Shown: piece after piece, positions 1 through 8,208 of the stretch | Position numbering within the stretch: the stretch's first letter is position 1 | Layout of the letters: the number at the start of each line of letters is the position of its first letter | Source of the DNA: Promethearchaeota archaeon | GTDB taxonomy: Archaea; Asgardarchaeota; Lokiarchaeia; Sigyniarchaeales; SOKP01 | NCBI GenBank assembly: GCA_048938445.1 | Contig: JBHLME010000136.1 | Location: 1-11,905 of the forward strand | Direction: 5' to 3' | Length of the DNA stretch: 11,905 nt | Program-made: the position numbers and the translations under genes | The notes under the pieces: generated by a model | Told to the model about the DNA's origin: nothing | What the model saw: only the letters and a program-made list of their open reading frames with translations | Databases searched by the model: none

Positions 1-230
1 ACATTCTAATTTTTAGTTTTTATATAAAAATAGAGAAAAATAAATTAAATCAATTCGAATATGGTATAATTTATTAATTATAGAGAAAATCCTTCAAAAT
101 AATGTTAGATATCCAATATCTTAATTTTCTTTTCTCTCAATTTAAATTTACTAAAATTATTATGATTTATTACTTTATACATCATATAAATCGTTATACA
201 GATAATATTATAGTTTTATTAATTAAAAAA

Positions 231-1532
231 ATGGTTTCAATTTCATTCCTTGGAGGATGTAGAGAAGTTGGTAGAAGTGCCATATTAATAAAATCTAAAA
301 ATGGAGCCAAATGCATTTTGGATTACGGCATTAGATTTCGCGGGAAGGAAAGACTTCCTCAAGATTTTGATACAAATAATCTTAAAGCTATTACTGTTAC
401 TCATTGCCATGTAGATCATTCTGGTGCAATTCCCTACCTAAATAAATCAAAGAACACCCCATTTTACACCAATTCAATCACTCTTAGAATTTCTGAAATT
501 CTTATAAAAGACATGTTAAATATTGGTAATTTTTCATATCCATTTGGAAAAATTGATTTGAAAACAATGGTTAGAAATGCCAGATTCTTGGAAAATAGTT
601 CTCGACAAAAGATTGATGATAATTTTTATATAACATTCTATAATGCTGGACATATTCCTGGTAGCGTGTCAATATTAGTTGAAGTTGATAATAAACGTAT
701 TTTATATACTGGAGATATTAACGCACAGGAAACTAATTTAGTTGAGCGTGCAGATCCTTCCAATATCCCTGAAATTGATACCCTTATTATTGAAAGTACA
801 TATGCTTCAAGAGAACATCCTAAAAGAGATGAAGTGGAAAAACAGTTTGTTGAAAGTGTAATTGATATTACTGAAAATGGAGGAAAAGTGCTCATACCTG
901 CGTTTGGTGTTGCTCGTTCTCAAGAAGCATTGATGATATTGGAAAAATATAATTATAATGGAAAGATCTTTATAGATGGACTCGCTCGGAAAATTTGTAA
1001 TATATACATGCAAAATTCCGAATATTTAAAAAATTTTCAGAAATTTAAAAAGTCCCTTTCTAAAGCTCAATTCATTTCTGAACAAGAAGGAAGATCAAGA
1101 GCAAAAAAGTCAAATGCAGCTATAATTGCACCAAGTGGAATGTTAAAGGGAGGGGCTTCAATAAATTTTATCAAATCCTTTCTAAATGATCCCTTTTCGG
1201 CAATATATTTAGTAGGATATCAAGCTGAAGGAAGCCCTGGTCGTAAATTATTAGAAGAGGGTGTTTTTGAGTATAGAGAACGTGGTATACCTCGTAAAAT
1301 TAATGAAAATACTTTGATTGCTAAATGTAATCGTGAATATTTTAATTTTTCTAGCCATTCAGATCACTCTCTCCTCCATAAATACGTTGAGAATTTAACA
1401 TTTCGAGATAATGAAAGAAATATTTTTTGCATACACGGAGATAATAAATCAACAACATATTTTGCTAAAGAATTAAATGATAAAGATTATAATTCAATTG
1501 CTCCAGAAATAGGTGAAGTATATAAATTATAA
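231..1532 (+). CDS. Metallo-beta-lactamase fold beta-CASP ribonuclease (CPSF73-related, aCPSF2/aCPSF1b-like, no KH domains)
   Basis: Motifs present: FLGGCREVGRS, DYG, THCHVDHSG (HxHxDH), AGHIPGS, TGD, ESTY, PAFGVARSQE, SGML, VGYQAEGSPGR, FSSHSD and IHGD. Start moved from 102 to the in-frame ATG at 231 (MVSISFLGG), where the MBL fold normally begins; 102-230 looks like AT-rich intergenic DNA. Confidence 0.9.
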   Translation: MVSISFLGGCREVGRSAILIKSKNGAKCILDYGIRFRGKERLPQDFDTNNLKAITVTHCHVDHSGAIPYLNKSKNTPFYTNSITLRISEILIKDMLNIGNFSYPFGKIDLKTMVRNARFLENSSRQKIDDNFYITFYNAGHIPGSVSILVEVDNKRILYTGDINAQETNLVERADPSNIPEIDTLIIESTYASREHPKRDEVEKQFVESVIDITENGGKVLIPAFGVARSQEALMILEKYNYNGKIFIDGLARKICNIYMQNSEYLKNFQKFKKSLSKAQFISEQEGRSRAKKSNAAIIAPSGMLKGGASINFIKSFLNDPFSAIYLVGYQAEGSPGRKLLEEGVFEYRERGIPRKINENTLIAKCNREYFNFSSHSDHSLLHKYVENLTFRDNERNIFCIHGDNKSTTYFAKELNDKDYNSIAPEIGEVYKL

Positions 1533-1538
1533 TATCTC

Positions 1539-3050
1539 TCATGAAATCTGGTTTTTTATTACTGAATCAATAATTTCTAAGAAAGATTCAATTTTATCGA
1601 AAGGTACCTTAGTTCCGGCAGCAGGTGGATGACCTCCTCCCATCATGTCTAATTCTAAGATTTCTAATGTTTTTCTTATTGCATCAGAAAGATTAATTCC
1701 TTTATTTACTATTGATTCATGAGCTCTTCCTGATATTTTAAAAACTTCTTCATCTTCTCTCCTTGCGATACCAAAAACAGGTTTATTCAAATCAAGTTCA
1801 TCAAATTTGTCAAAAATCAATATGGATGCAACAACACCGATTATACTTTCTGGAATTTTATCATCTCCAAAAAAATATTGGATATTTTCTTTTGATTGTA
1901 TCTTTTGTTCATTATAGATCCATTTAAGACTTTCAAAAAGCAATTTTTTATAGTCATTAAGAATTTCCTTCGCTTGTTTATATGCTAAATCCCTATCTCC
2001 CATGGCTAAAGCGATTCCAATCGAACCATTATTAGATCGACCACATGAATTTAAAATATTTGCAAATTCGCTTGCTTCATTAAGTTCGATATAATTTTGC
2101 TCTCTTGTTAAGAAGTACTTATTAACAATTAATTTTTCTATGATTTCACTTGGTTCGATATTTAATTTAATAGTTGCATATTCTATTATAGCAGTAGAGA
2201 TTTTTTGTTTCTCATCTTGATTTAACATGTTTAAACTTCGAATATTTCCATCAATATCTTCCATCAAAACGGTTGTTGTTTGTAGAAACTTGAGTGTTCG
2301 ATTTACATCATTAGATAATCCAGGTAGATTAAACTCTTTAGAATAAGCAATAGCTTCATTTATTGGTTTTATAGAAGAAAAGTTTAAGTCATTTACTACT
2401 TCTATTAAATTTTTTTTTTTAGCATCCTCTAAAATAAGTAAATTTGTTCCTATAAATGATTTACTTTTAGCTTGGTTTTGGATGTCTCCTGTAGCACCAA
2501 CTATAGCAATTGGAGAAAGGTCAGTATTATTCTGATTTAGACTTTTAGCAAAAAAATAACTCATTCCTGCCCCAGAAATCTCAGTGCTACCTTCTATACC
2601 ATAAAAATAGGGATTTAAATGCCAAGGGCTTGTATTTTCTCTAATTTTTTCGATTAATTGAAACTCTTCTTTATTAGATATTGTCTGTGGTAGATGATGA
2701 TCTAAAATAATGAATGGGGTATCTTTTTCATCTTGAAGCTTTTTTTGAAGCTCTAAATACTGTCCACTACCAAAATCAGCAAATATAATAAAGTTATTAT
2801 ATTTATTTGTCTGTGCAACTATTTTTTCTATCTCTTCTCTTTCTAATTGACGTAGAATGGTAATTTGAAAGGGAAGATTTTCTCGATAGAGTGCTTTTCC
2901 TAATATTGCTCCTGAAGCTATTCCATCAGCATCAATATGCGTAAAAATCTGAATTGGCGCAGTGTGTTGCTTAATTTCTGAGAGAAAATATTTTATACAG
3001 CTCTTCATTCCATTTGTTAATTGTTCTAATTTAAGTGCAATATCATTCAT
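1539..3050 (-). CDS. DHH/DHHA1 phosphoesterase, archaeal RecJ family (GAN/Cdc45-related ssDNA exonuclease)
   Basis: HIDADG (motif I), ADFGS (II), LDHH (III), LNP..G..G..EISGAG, GATGD, NSCGR, ISGR and C-terminal GGGHPPAAG (DHHA1). 503 aa, with no obvious C-terminal OB domain. Confidence 0.9.
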   Translation of the reverse strand: MNDIALKLEQLTNGMKSCIKYFLSEIKQHTAPIQIFTHIDADGIASGAILGKALYRENLPFQITILRQLEREEIEKIVAQTNKYNNFIIFADFGSGQYLELQKKLQDEKDTPFIILDHHLPQTISNKEEFQLIEKIRENTSPWHLNPYFYGIEGSTEISGAGMSYFFAKSLNQNNTDLSPIAIVGATGDIQNQAKSKSFIGTNLLILEDAKKKNLIEVVNDLNFSSIKPINEAIAYSKEFNLPGLSNDVNRTLKFLQTTTVLMEDIDGNIRSLNMLNQDEKQKISTAIIEYATIKLNIEPSEIIEKLIVNKYFLTREQNYIELNEASEFANILNSCGRSNNGSIGIALAMGDRDLAYKQAKEILNDYKKLLFESLKWIYNEQKIQSKENIQYFFGDDKIPESIIGVVASILIFDKFDELDLNKPVFGIARREDEEVFKISGRAHESIVNKGINLSDAIRKTLEILELDMMGGGHPPAAGTKVPFDKIESFLEIIDSVIKNQIS

Positions 3051-3206
3051 TTTAGTTTAGTATTTTCTTTAGAGAGTTTTCAATTATTAGAAATTTTTAG
3101 TTATCTATTTTATCAAAACTATTAAAACATATCATTTAATTCTAATAAAATTTAATATTATACAATTATCAACTTTTATATTAATTATTAAACTAATGGT
3201 AAGATC

Positions 3207-4013
3207 ATGCCTATTATAGGAATCGATTATGATAAGTGTATAAATTGTAATGAATGTATGATGGAGTGTCCGAATTACTTATATGAACAAGACTCAAGTA
3301 ATGAAATAAAGTTCAATGATCCCAAAAACTCTTGTATCAAATGTGGTCACTGCATCTCAGTATGCCCCGTTGATGCAATTCTATATGAAAATATGGGAGA
3401 AACCATAATCTTTAACGGAATTGAAAAACCCGAAAAAATTATTCCATTTGATCAACTCTATAAAATATTACAATCAATTCGTTCTGTTAGGAGATACAAA
3501 AACAAAAAAGTACCTGAAGATTTAATCAAGAAAATAACAGATGCTATGCAATTTGCTCCTACCGGAGCGAATATTCAATCTGAAAAGATTACGGTTATTT
3601 CTGATCCTGTAAGGATAAAACAGTTCTCTGATGCTATAATAGAAGCTATGAATAATGATGCTAGATATTCTCCATTATTCTCAGAAACTTATAAAAAAAA
3701 TGAGAAAAGATATAACAATGCTATAGCTCTTTTTGATGCCCCGCATGTTATTGTCGTTCATACAAAAATGCCATTGAAGATTAATTATTTTAATATGGCT
3801 AACATGATCACTAATGGACGTCTTGCGGCTCAATCTCTAGGATTGGGAACTTGCTACATTGGACAGGCTCAAATGGCTTCTGAAATAGTGTCCTCGATTA
3901 AAAAAATTGCTGGGGCAAGTAGTAAACATTTATGTGCTTTTACTCTTGGTTATCCTGATGTAAAATATGTAAAAATACCTCCTCGAGTCTTAAATCGTAG
4001 CAAAGTGATTTAA
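3207..4013 (+). CDS. Nitroreductase family flavoprotein with N-terminal 2x[4Fe-4S] ferredoxin domain
   Basis: CINCNECMMECP and CIKCGHCISVCP (two CxxCxxCxxxCP motifs); FMN-binding RSVRRY, APTGAN, GLGTCYIG and LGYP. Confidence 0.92.
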   Translation: MPIIGIDYDKCINCNECMMECPNYLYEQDSSNEIKFNDPKNSCIKCGHCISVCPVDAILYENMGETIIFNGIEKPEKIIPFDQLYKILQSIRSVRRYKNKKVPEDLIKKITDAMQFAPTGANIQSEKITVISDPVRIKQFSDAIIEAMNNDARYSPLFSETYKKNEKRYNNAIALFDAPHVIVVHTKMPLKINYFNMANMITNGRLAAQSLGLGTCYIGQAQMASEIVSSIKKIAGASSKHLCAFTLGYPDVKYVKIPPRVLNRSKVI

Positions 4014-4096
4014 AATATAAATAAAAAAAAAAGAAATAGTTAAATATCTTTTCTCTTAGTCTGATTTTTCCTCATAGCGGTTATATATTAAATATT

Positions 4097-5599
4097 TCAA
4101 TTGCCTCCATAGAAACAAACATTATCCCCTTCAGCATACGCATTCGATTTATATTCCCCTCTATAAATGAATAACTGGATATTATTGTAACCATCTTTAC
4201 CATAATAAACTTCAAGATTTCCTAAAATAAATTTATAGGTAATGTCCCATAATGCTGTTTGATCAGCAATAGTAATTTCAATATTGTTCAATGAAAGGAA
4301 TAATAATGCTTCTCCGAAAAATAATTGATTTTCAATTTGCAGCAGCCCAAAACCTTTAAAAACCTCTTCCAAAAAAGGAGCATATTTTACTAAAAATAAA
4401 TTCCGATTTATATCTTCAACATTACCAGAAATATAAATATTATCTTTAGAATCCAATACCATATCCCGTGTATTATATTCATCTACTCCGCCCCATGTGA
4501 CATTCCATTTATATAGACCTGAATTATCAAATTCCACTAGCAATACTTTTGGAACACCTTCTTCTAATATACCTCCTGAAAGAAAAATATTCCCCTTCGA
4601 ATCTAATGCCATAGAGGTACAAGCTACATTGATGTCTCCACCCCATGAAGTATTCCATTGATGTAATCCTGCATTATTGAATTTTATAAGATATATATTT
4701 ATGGTTTCTTTTTCGTAATTCCAGAGTACTCCTGAATAATAAATATTATCTGATTTATCTACTGCAAGTTGAAAAGTAAAATCCTCATATCCTTCCATTT
4801 TCCAATAGCGATACCATTGTTTAACTCCTTGATTATTAAATTTTATCAAACAATGAACAATTCCTATGTTTATATTTTGCCATCCACTAAGATAGATGTT
4901 ATTTGTCGAATCTATTGTCATAGCATAACATTCTCCCCCATTTCCTTCATCTCTCCATGTGAGAAACCATTGTAAATTACACAAGTTATCGAATTTTACT
5001 AAACAATAGTCATCATATTCTTCGCAAAAACTACTCGAATATCCTGACAAAAATATATTATCATTAGAATCAATTACCATATCCGTACAAAAGTCGTTTC
5101 CTTGTCCTCCCCAAATTGTGTCTAATTGGTAAATCCCGTTAGAATTAAATTTCACTATAAACATGTCTGATCCAACTTCATAATCCTCGTAAATTATTGT
5201 ACCTGCAACAAAAATATTATCTGTCGAATCTATTGCTATTGCATGAACAAGCTCAACATCACTACTACCTAAAGTAATATTCCATTGGAGCATTCCTGAA
5301 CTGTCATATTTTATCAAACATATATCAAGTGATTTCACATTAGGGATAAATGTGGCGCCTGCAAGATATACATTATTTGACGAATCTACTGCTACTAATC
5401 CATTATCACAGGAAAGATTTCCCCCCCATGTTCTATTCCATTCTTCTATCATCAAATTATCTGTATCTGTTGATAATTTGATATTTTCATAATTTTGATG
5501 ATTTAAATTATTATTCAAAGTATTATTATTTAGTATTAATAAGCTGGAACATACGAATAAAAACGTAAATCCCACTAGATAGATTTTTTTAATTTTCAT
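4097..5599 (-). CDS. Secreted or membrane-anchored beta-propeller protein with about 7 SBBP-like repeats plus a ~90-aa C-terminal domain
   Basis: Basic then hydrophobic N-terminus (MKIKKIYLVGFTFLFVCSSLLIL). Seven ~50-53 aa repeats start WNRTWGG, WNITLGS, LDTIWGG, WFLTWRD, WYRYWKM, WNTSWGG and WNVTWGG, each followed by (A/V)(V/I)DSxxNI(Y/F)xxG and LxK(F/Y)-like segments. Confidence 0.85.
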   Translation of the reverse strand: MKIKKIYLVGFTFLFVCSSLLILNNNTLNNNLNHQNYENIKLSTDTDNLMIEEWNRTWGGNLSCDNGLVAVDSSNNVYLAGATFIPNVKSLDICLIKYDSSGMLQWNITLGSSDVELVHAIAIDSTDNIFVAGTIIYEDYEVGSDMFIVKFNSNGIYQLDTIWGGQGNDFCTDMVIDSNDNIFLSGYSSSFCEEYDDYCLVKFDNLCNLQWFLTWRDEGNGGECYAMTIDSTNNIYLSGWQNINIGIVHCLIKFNNQGVKQWYRYWKMEGYEDFTFQLAVDKSDNIYYSGVLWNYEKETINIYLIKFNNAGLHQWNTSWGGDINVACTSMALDSKGNIFLSGGILEEGVPKVLLVEFDNSGLYKWNVTWGGVDEYNTRDMVLDSKDNIYISGNVEDINRNLFLVKYAPFLEEVFKGFGLLQIENQLFFGEALLFLSLNNIEITIADQTALWDITYKFILGNLEVYYGKDGYNNIQLFIYRGEYKSNAYAEGDNVCFYGGN

Positions 5600-5799
5600 T
5601 TTTTTTGAAATTTTATCTTTAATTTTGGTTATTATTCTATCTATCTTTATATTTATAAAGAATTTGTTATTTGAAAATCAATGATACATAAAGACTTAAT
5701 CTTGAATTATCATTATCAACTATTTCTATAAATAACAAAATTATTTTCTTCAATTTTTTTCTTATAATAAAGAGTAAAAAATAGAAACATTTTTTACAG

Positions 5800-5813
5800 T
5801 ATCATTAATGATA
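5800..5813. promoter_or_regulatory. Perfect 14-bp palindrome TATCATTAATGATA upstream of mch (candidate operator)
   Basis: Self-complementary, 50 nt upstream of the mch ATG, overlapping a TATA-like ATATAAAA. The AT-rich background lowers significance. Confidence 0.35.
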
Positions 5814-5852
5814 TAAAAATACGCAATTAATCTAATTTAAAAAACTTATTTT

Positions 5853-5858
5853 AGGTGA
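5853..5858 (+). promoter_or_regulatory. Shine-Dalgarno motif AGGTGA of mch
   Basis: Archaeal-type AGGTGA 5 nt upstream of the ATG at 5864; the GTG used by the ORF track is part of this motif. Confidence 0.7.
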
Positions 5859-5863
5859 AAAAA

Positions 5864-6859
5864 ATGCATCACGTAAAAATTAATGATTTAGCATTAAAGT
5901 TAGTACAACAGTTTATTGATAATAAAGAATATTATGGTGCTAAAGTAGATAAATTAAGCAGTGGACAAACTGTCGTTGATTTAACGGAGGGTTCATGGGA
6001 AGCGGGAAGGATTCTGGGTGAGATATGTATGGGTGGTTTAGGAACGGTGAAATTTAATAATTACAATATTGATGGACATTACTTTCCAGCAGTGGACGTG
6101 TATACAAGCCATCCTATAGTGTCTTGTATGGCATCTCAATTAGCTGGTTGGAGTGTTAAGCTAAAAAAAGAAGTCGAAAAAGATGGAAAGATAAAGAAGA
6201 AAGTTGTTTTTCAATCTTTGGGTTCTGGTCCTGCGAGAGCCAAGGCAAAGGGAGAAGAATTATTCAATGAAATTGATTATACAGATGATTCAAATTGTGC
6301 AGTACTTGTTTTTGAAACACGAACAATGCCAAATGAAGAGGTAATGGCAATTATAACTGATAAATGTAAAGTTCCTGCAGAAAAAACCTATGCTGTTTGT
6401 GCTCCAACCGCGGGTTTAGTTGGCTCTATTCAAGTTGCTGCAAGAATAGTTGAAACAGGAATTCATAAATTACACGAAATCCATTTTCCACTTGATGTGA
6501 TAATGGATGGATTCGGCACAGTTCCTATTGCTCCAGTTGCAAAAGATGATTTTGCAGCTATGGGTCCACCAAATGATGCAATGTTTGGATTAGGAATGAC
6601 TTATTATACGATTAACGTAGAAAAAGATAAGGAAGGTGAACTTTTTGAATTACTCAAAAAAGCTCCAGCAAGTACATCTTCAAGTTATGGAAAACCTTTC
6701 AATGATATCTTTAAAGAGGCGGAATTCGATTTTTATAAGATTGATCCAGGATTATTCGCACCAGCACTTTATACAGTGAATAATGTAAAAACGGGAAAAA
6801 TGATTTCAGTTGGAAAATTAGATAAAGATTTAGTAAAACAATCATTTAAAATTAGTTAG
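5864..6859 (+). CDS. mch: Methenyltetrahydromethanopterin cyclohydrolase
   Basis: EICMGGLG, CMASQLAGW, GSGPARA, APTAGLVGSIQVAARIVETGIHKL (catalytic R-x-x-E), PASTSSSYGKPF and DFYKIDPGLFAPA are Mch signatures. Start set at ATG 5864 on SD evidence (331 aa). Confidence 0.96.
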   Translation: MHHVKINDLALKLVQQFIDNKEYYGAKVDKLSSGQTVVDLTEGSWEAGRILGEICMGGLGTVKFNNYNIDGHYFPAVDVYTSHPIVSCMASQLAGWSVKLKKEVEKDGKIKKKVVFQSLGSGPARAKAKGEELFNEIDYTDDSNCAVLVFETRTMPNEEVMAIITDKCKVPAEKTYAVCAPTAGLVGSIQVAARIVETGIHKLHEIHFPLDVIMDGFGTVPIAPVAKDDFAAMGPPNDAMFGLGMTYYTINVEKDKEGELFELLKKAPASTSSSYGKPFNDIFKEAEFDFYKIDPGLFAPALYTVNNVKTGKMISVGKLDKDLVKQSFKIS

Positions 6860-6891
6860 AATACAAATAATTTGTATTTTTTTTTCTTTTT
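6860..6891 (+). terminator. Hairpin plus T-tract between convergent mch and the hypothetical gene
   Basis: AATACAAA-TAA-TTTGTATT (8-bp stem, 6860-6878) directly after the mch TAG, running into a long T-rich tract. Confidence 0.6.
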
Positions 6892-8208
6892 TTAGATATT
6901 GGTTAATTCTTCTTGATATTTTAAAACTTCTTCTAAGGAGATATCTCTATCAAATTTAATTTCTTTATCAATACCTAAATAAGCACAGGCAAGTCTGGAA
7001 GATGCGACAATTTCAGCTTTTTTCAAAGAAACCTGAAATACATCATCGGGTTCATGCATTTTTGTTCTTAACGAGCTAATTTTTGCTAATATTTTACGTT
7101 TTTCATTTTCCAATTTTACTTTTTTTTCTCTTAATTCATCGATTTCATTTTCTAGTTTTTCCGATGGTTTTAATTGTATTTTTCGTCTCAATTCATTAAT
7201 TTTATCAATAATATTTGCCCTTTCTTCATCTATTTGTGCTTTCCTATTTATTTCAATATCATATACATGTTCATTTTCTATTTGATAATGAGAAGTCCTC
7301 TCAAATTTCATTTTATATAGCAAAGATGCCATTTTATCGGCAACAATAAAAGGTAATTCATTGTTAAATACCAAACGCGTGATATTATTTAAATCAAAAT
7401 AATTTAAATTGTCATATTTAGTCTTTAAATAGCTTTTTAAATTCTCTTCATTATGTTCACATTCAATTTCTGTCCAATCATGTATTGCCAACCTTCTCCT
7501 AAAAAACATTAATTCCCAGTCAATATTAAGCTCTTTTAATAATTCTAAAAGCTTATCATCATTAGGCTTAAAAGATTCAATGATAAGGTACAGTTGAAGT
7601 CCATAATATTTATGCTCTTCTTGAAGAAAAAAACCTCTCTGCTGCATTGAGGCAAGAATCTTTAATTTAATTGAATATACATTTTTTGTAATATTCTTTT
7701 TACTACAGTTTAGATATATGACATTCCCTTCTTCACTAATATACTCACAATCTAAAAAACCAAGTATACTGTCAGTATTTTCATTTACAAAGTCCATTAA
7801 ACCAGAAAGTGTTGGTTTCACATTATACTTAACTAAATCACTTACTCCAATTGTTACATAATCATTGGAACTTCCTCCAACGGCTAATTGAACACAATTC
7901 AATAAAAGATCCTCTTCCATACCAAATACCTTTCTTATGGCATCATTTATGGGAAAGACCTCGTTTTCTAGGATTTTAATATCAGCTAAAGTTGATTCAT
8001 AAGGTTCTGGATCATTTAATAATTTATTGAGAATAGGGGCTTCAGATGCATCAACTTCAATTTCATAATTTTTCGCTAAATCCTTGCGAATTATGCAAAA
8101 TGATTTTTCTCTTTTTCCTTCTTTATTAAATATTGAAATTGATGTATGTTCATCTATTACTGCTCTAAATTTTTCAGTAAACTTGCTTTCAGTACTGTCA
8201 GTTTTCAG
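6892..8208 (-). CDS. Hypothetical protein (~438-446 aa) with a C-terminal coiled-coil hairpin; start uncertain
   Basis: The frame of ORF 6892..7920 is open up to 8229 (TGA at 8230-8232) and encodes protein-like sequence (KTDSTESKFTEKFRAVIDEHTSISIFNKEGK...INDAIRKVFG). Candidate start is CTG at 8206-8208 behind GAGGAG, or ATG 8230/8233 with a frameshift. Heptad-rich segment IDEERANIIDKINELRRKI-QLKPSE-KLENEIDELREKKVKLENEKRKILAKISSL. Confidence 0.7.
   Translation of the reverse strand: MKTDSTESKFTEKFRAVIDEHTSISIFNKEGKREKSFCIIRKDLAKNYEIEVDASEAPILNKLLNDPEPYESTLADIKILENEVFPINDAIRKVFGMEEDLLLNCVQLAVGGSSNDYVTIGVSDLVKYNVKPTLSGLMDFVNENTDSILGFLDCEYISEEGNVIYLNCSKKNITKNVYSIKLKILASMQQRGFFLQEEHKYYGLQLYLIIESFKPNDDKLLELLKELNIDWELMFFRRRLAIHDWTEIECEHNEENLKSYLKTKYDNLNYFDLNNITRLVFNNELPFIVADKMASLLYKMKFERTSHYQIENEHVYDIEINRKAQIDEERANIIDKINELRRKIQLKPSEKLENEIDELREKKVKLENEKRKILAKISSLRTKMHEPDDVFQVSLKKAEIVASSRLACAYLGIDKEIKFDRDISLEEVLKYQEELTNI

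Noticed and set aside
1-30. Possible divergent gene start (CAT at 2-4) and a TATA-like 15-mer AGTTTTTATATAAAA (15-29) identical to 9825-9839
   Set aside because: Any gene lies outside the window and cannot be tested; the shared 15-mer is low-complexity TATA-like sequence.
102-230. 43-aa N-terminal extension of the beta-CASP ORF
   Set aside because: AT-rich, I/F/Y/N/K-biased sequence preceding the normal MBL start; most likely promoter DNA that is open by chance.
638-1013. Antisense ORFs 638..895 and 807..1013
   Set aside because: Fully inside a well-supported gene on the opposite strand, with no motifs.
4769-4975. 68-aa + strand ORF
   Set aside because: Shadow ORF antisense to the beta-propeller gene.
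4400-5440. Periodic repeats as a CRISPR array or DGR template/variable repeats
   Set aside because: Repeats are degenerate, in frame and explained by propeller blades; there is no cas gene, reverse transcriptase or adenine-specific mismatch pair.
5706-5717. Fur-box-like GATAATGATAAT on the minus strand
   Set aside because: Matches only 12 of 19 consensus positions in AT-rich DNA, with no iron-uptake gene adjacent.
5855-5863. GTG start for mch
   Set aside because: The GTG is within the AGGTGA SD motif; ATG 5864 has appropriate spacing.
7050-7240. Coiled coil as an ESCRT-III, SNARE or SMC-like eukaryotic signature protein
   Set aside because: Generic heptads only; size, position and absence of family motifs give no support.
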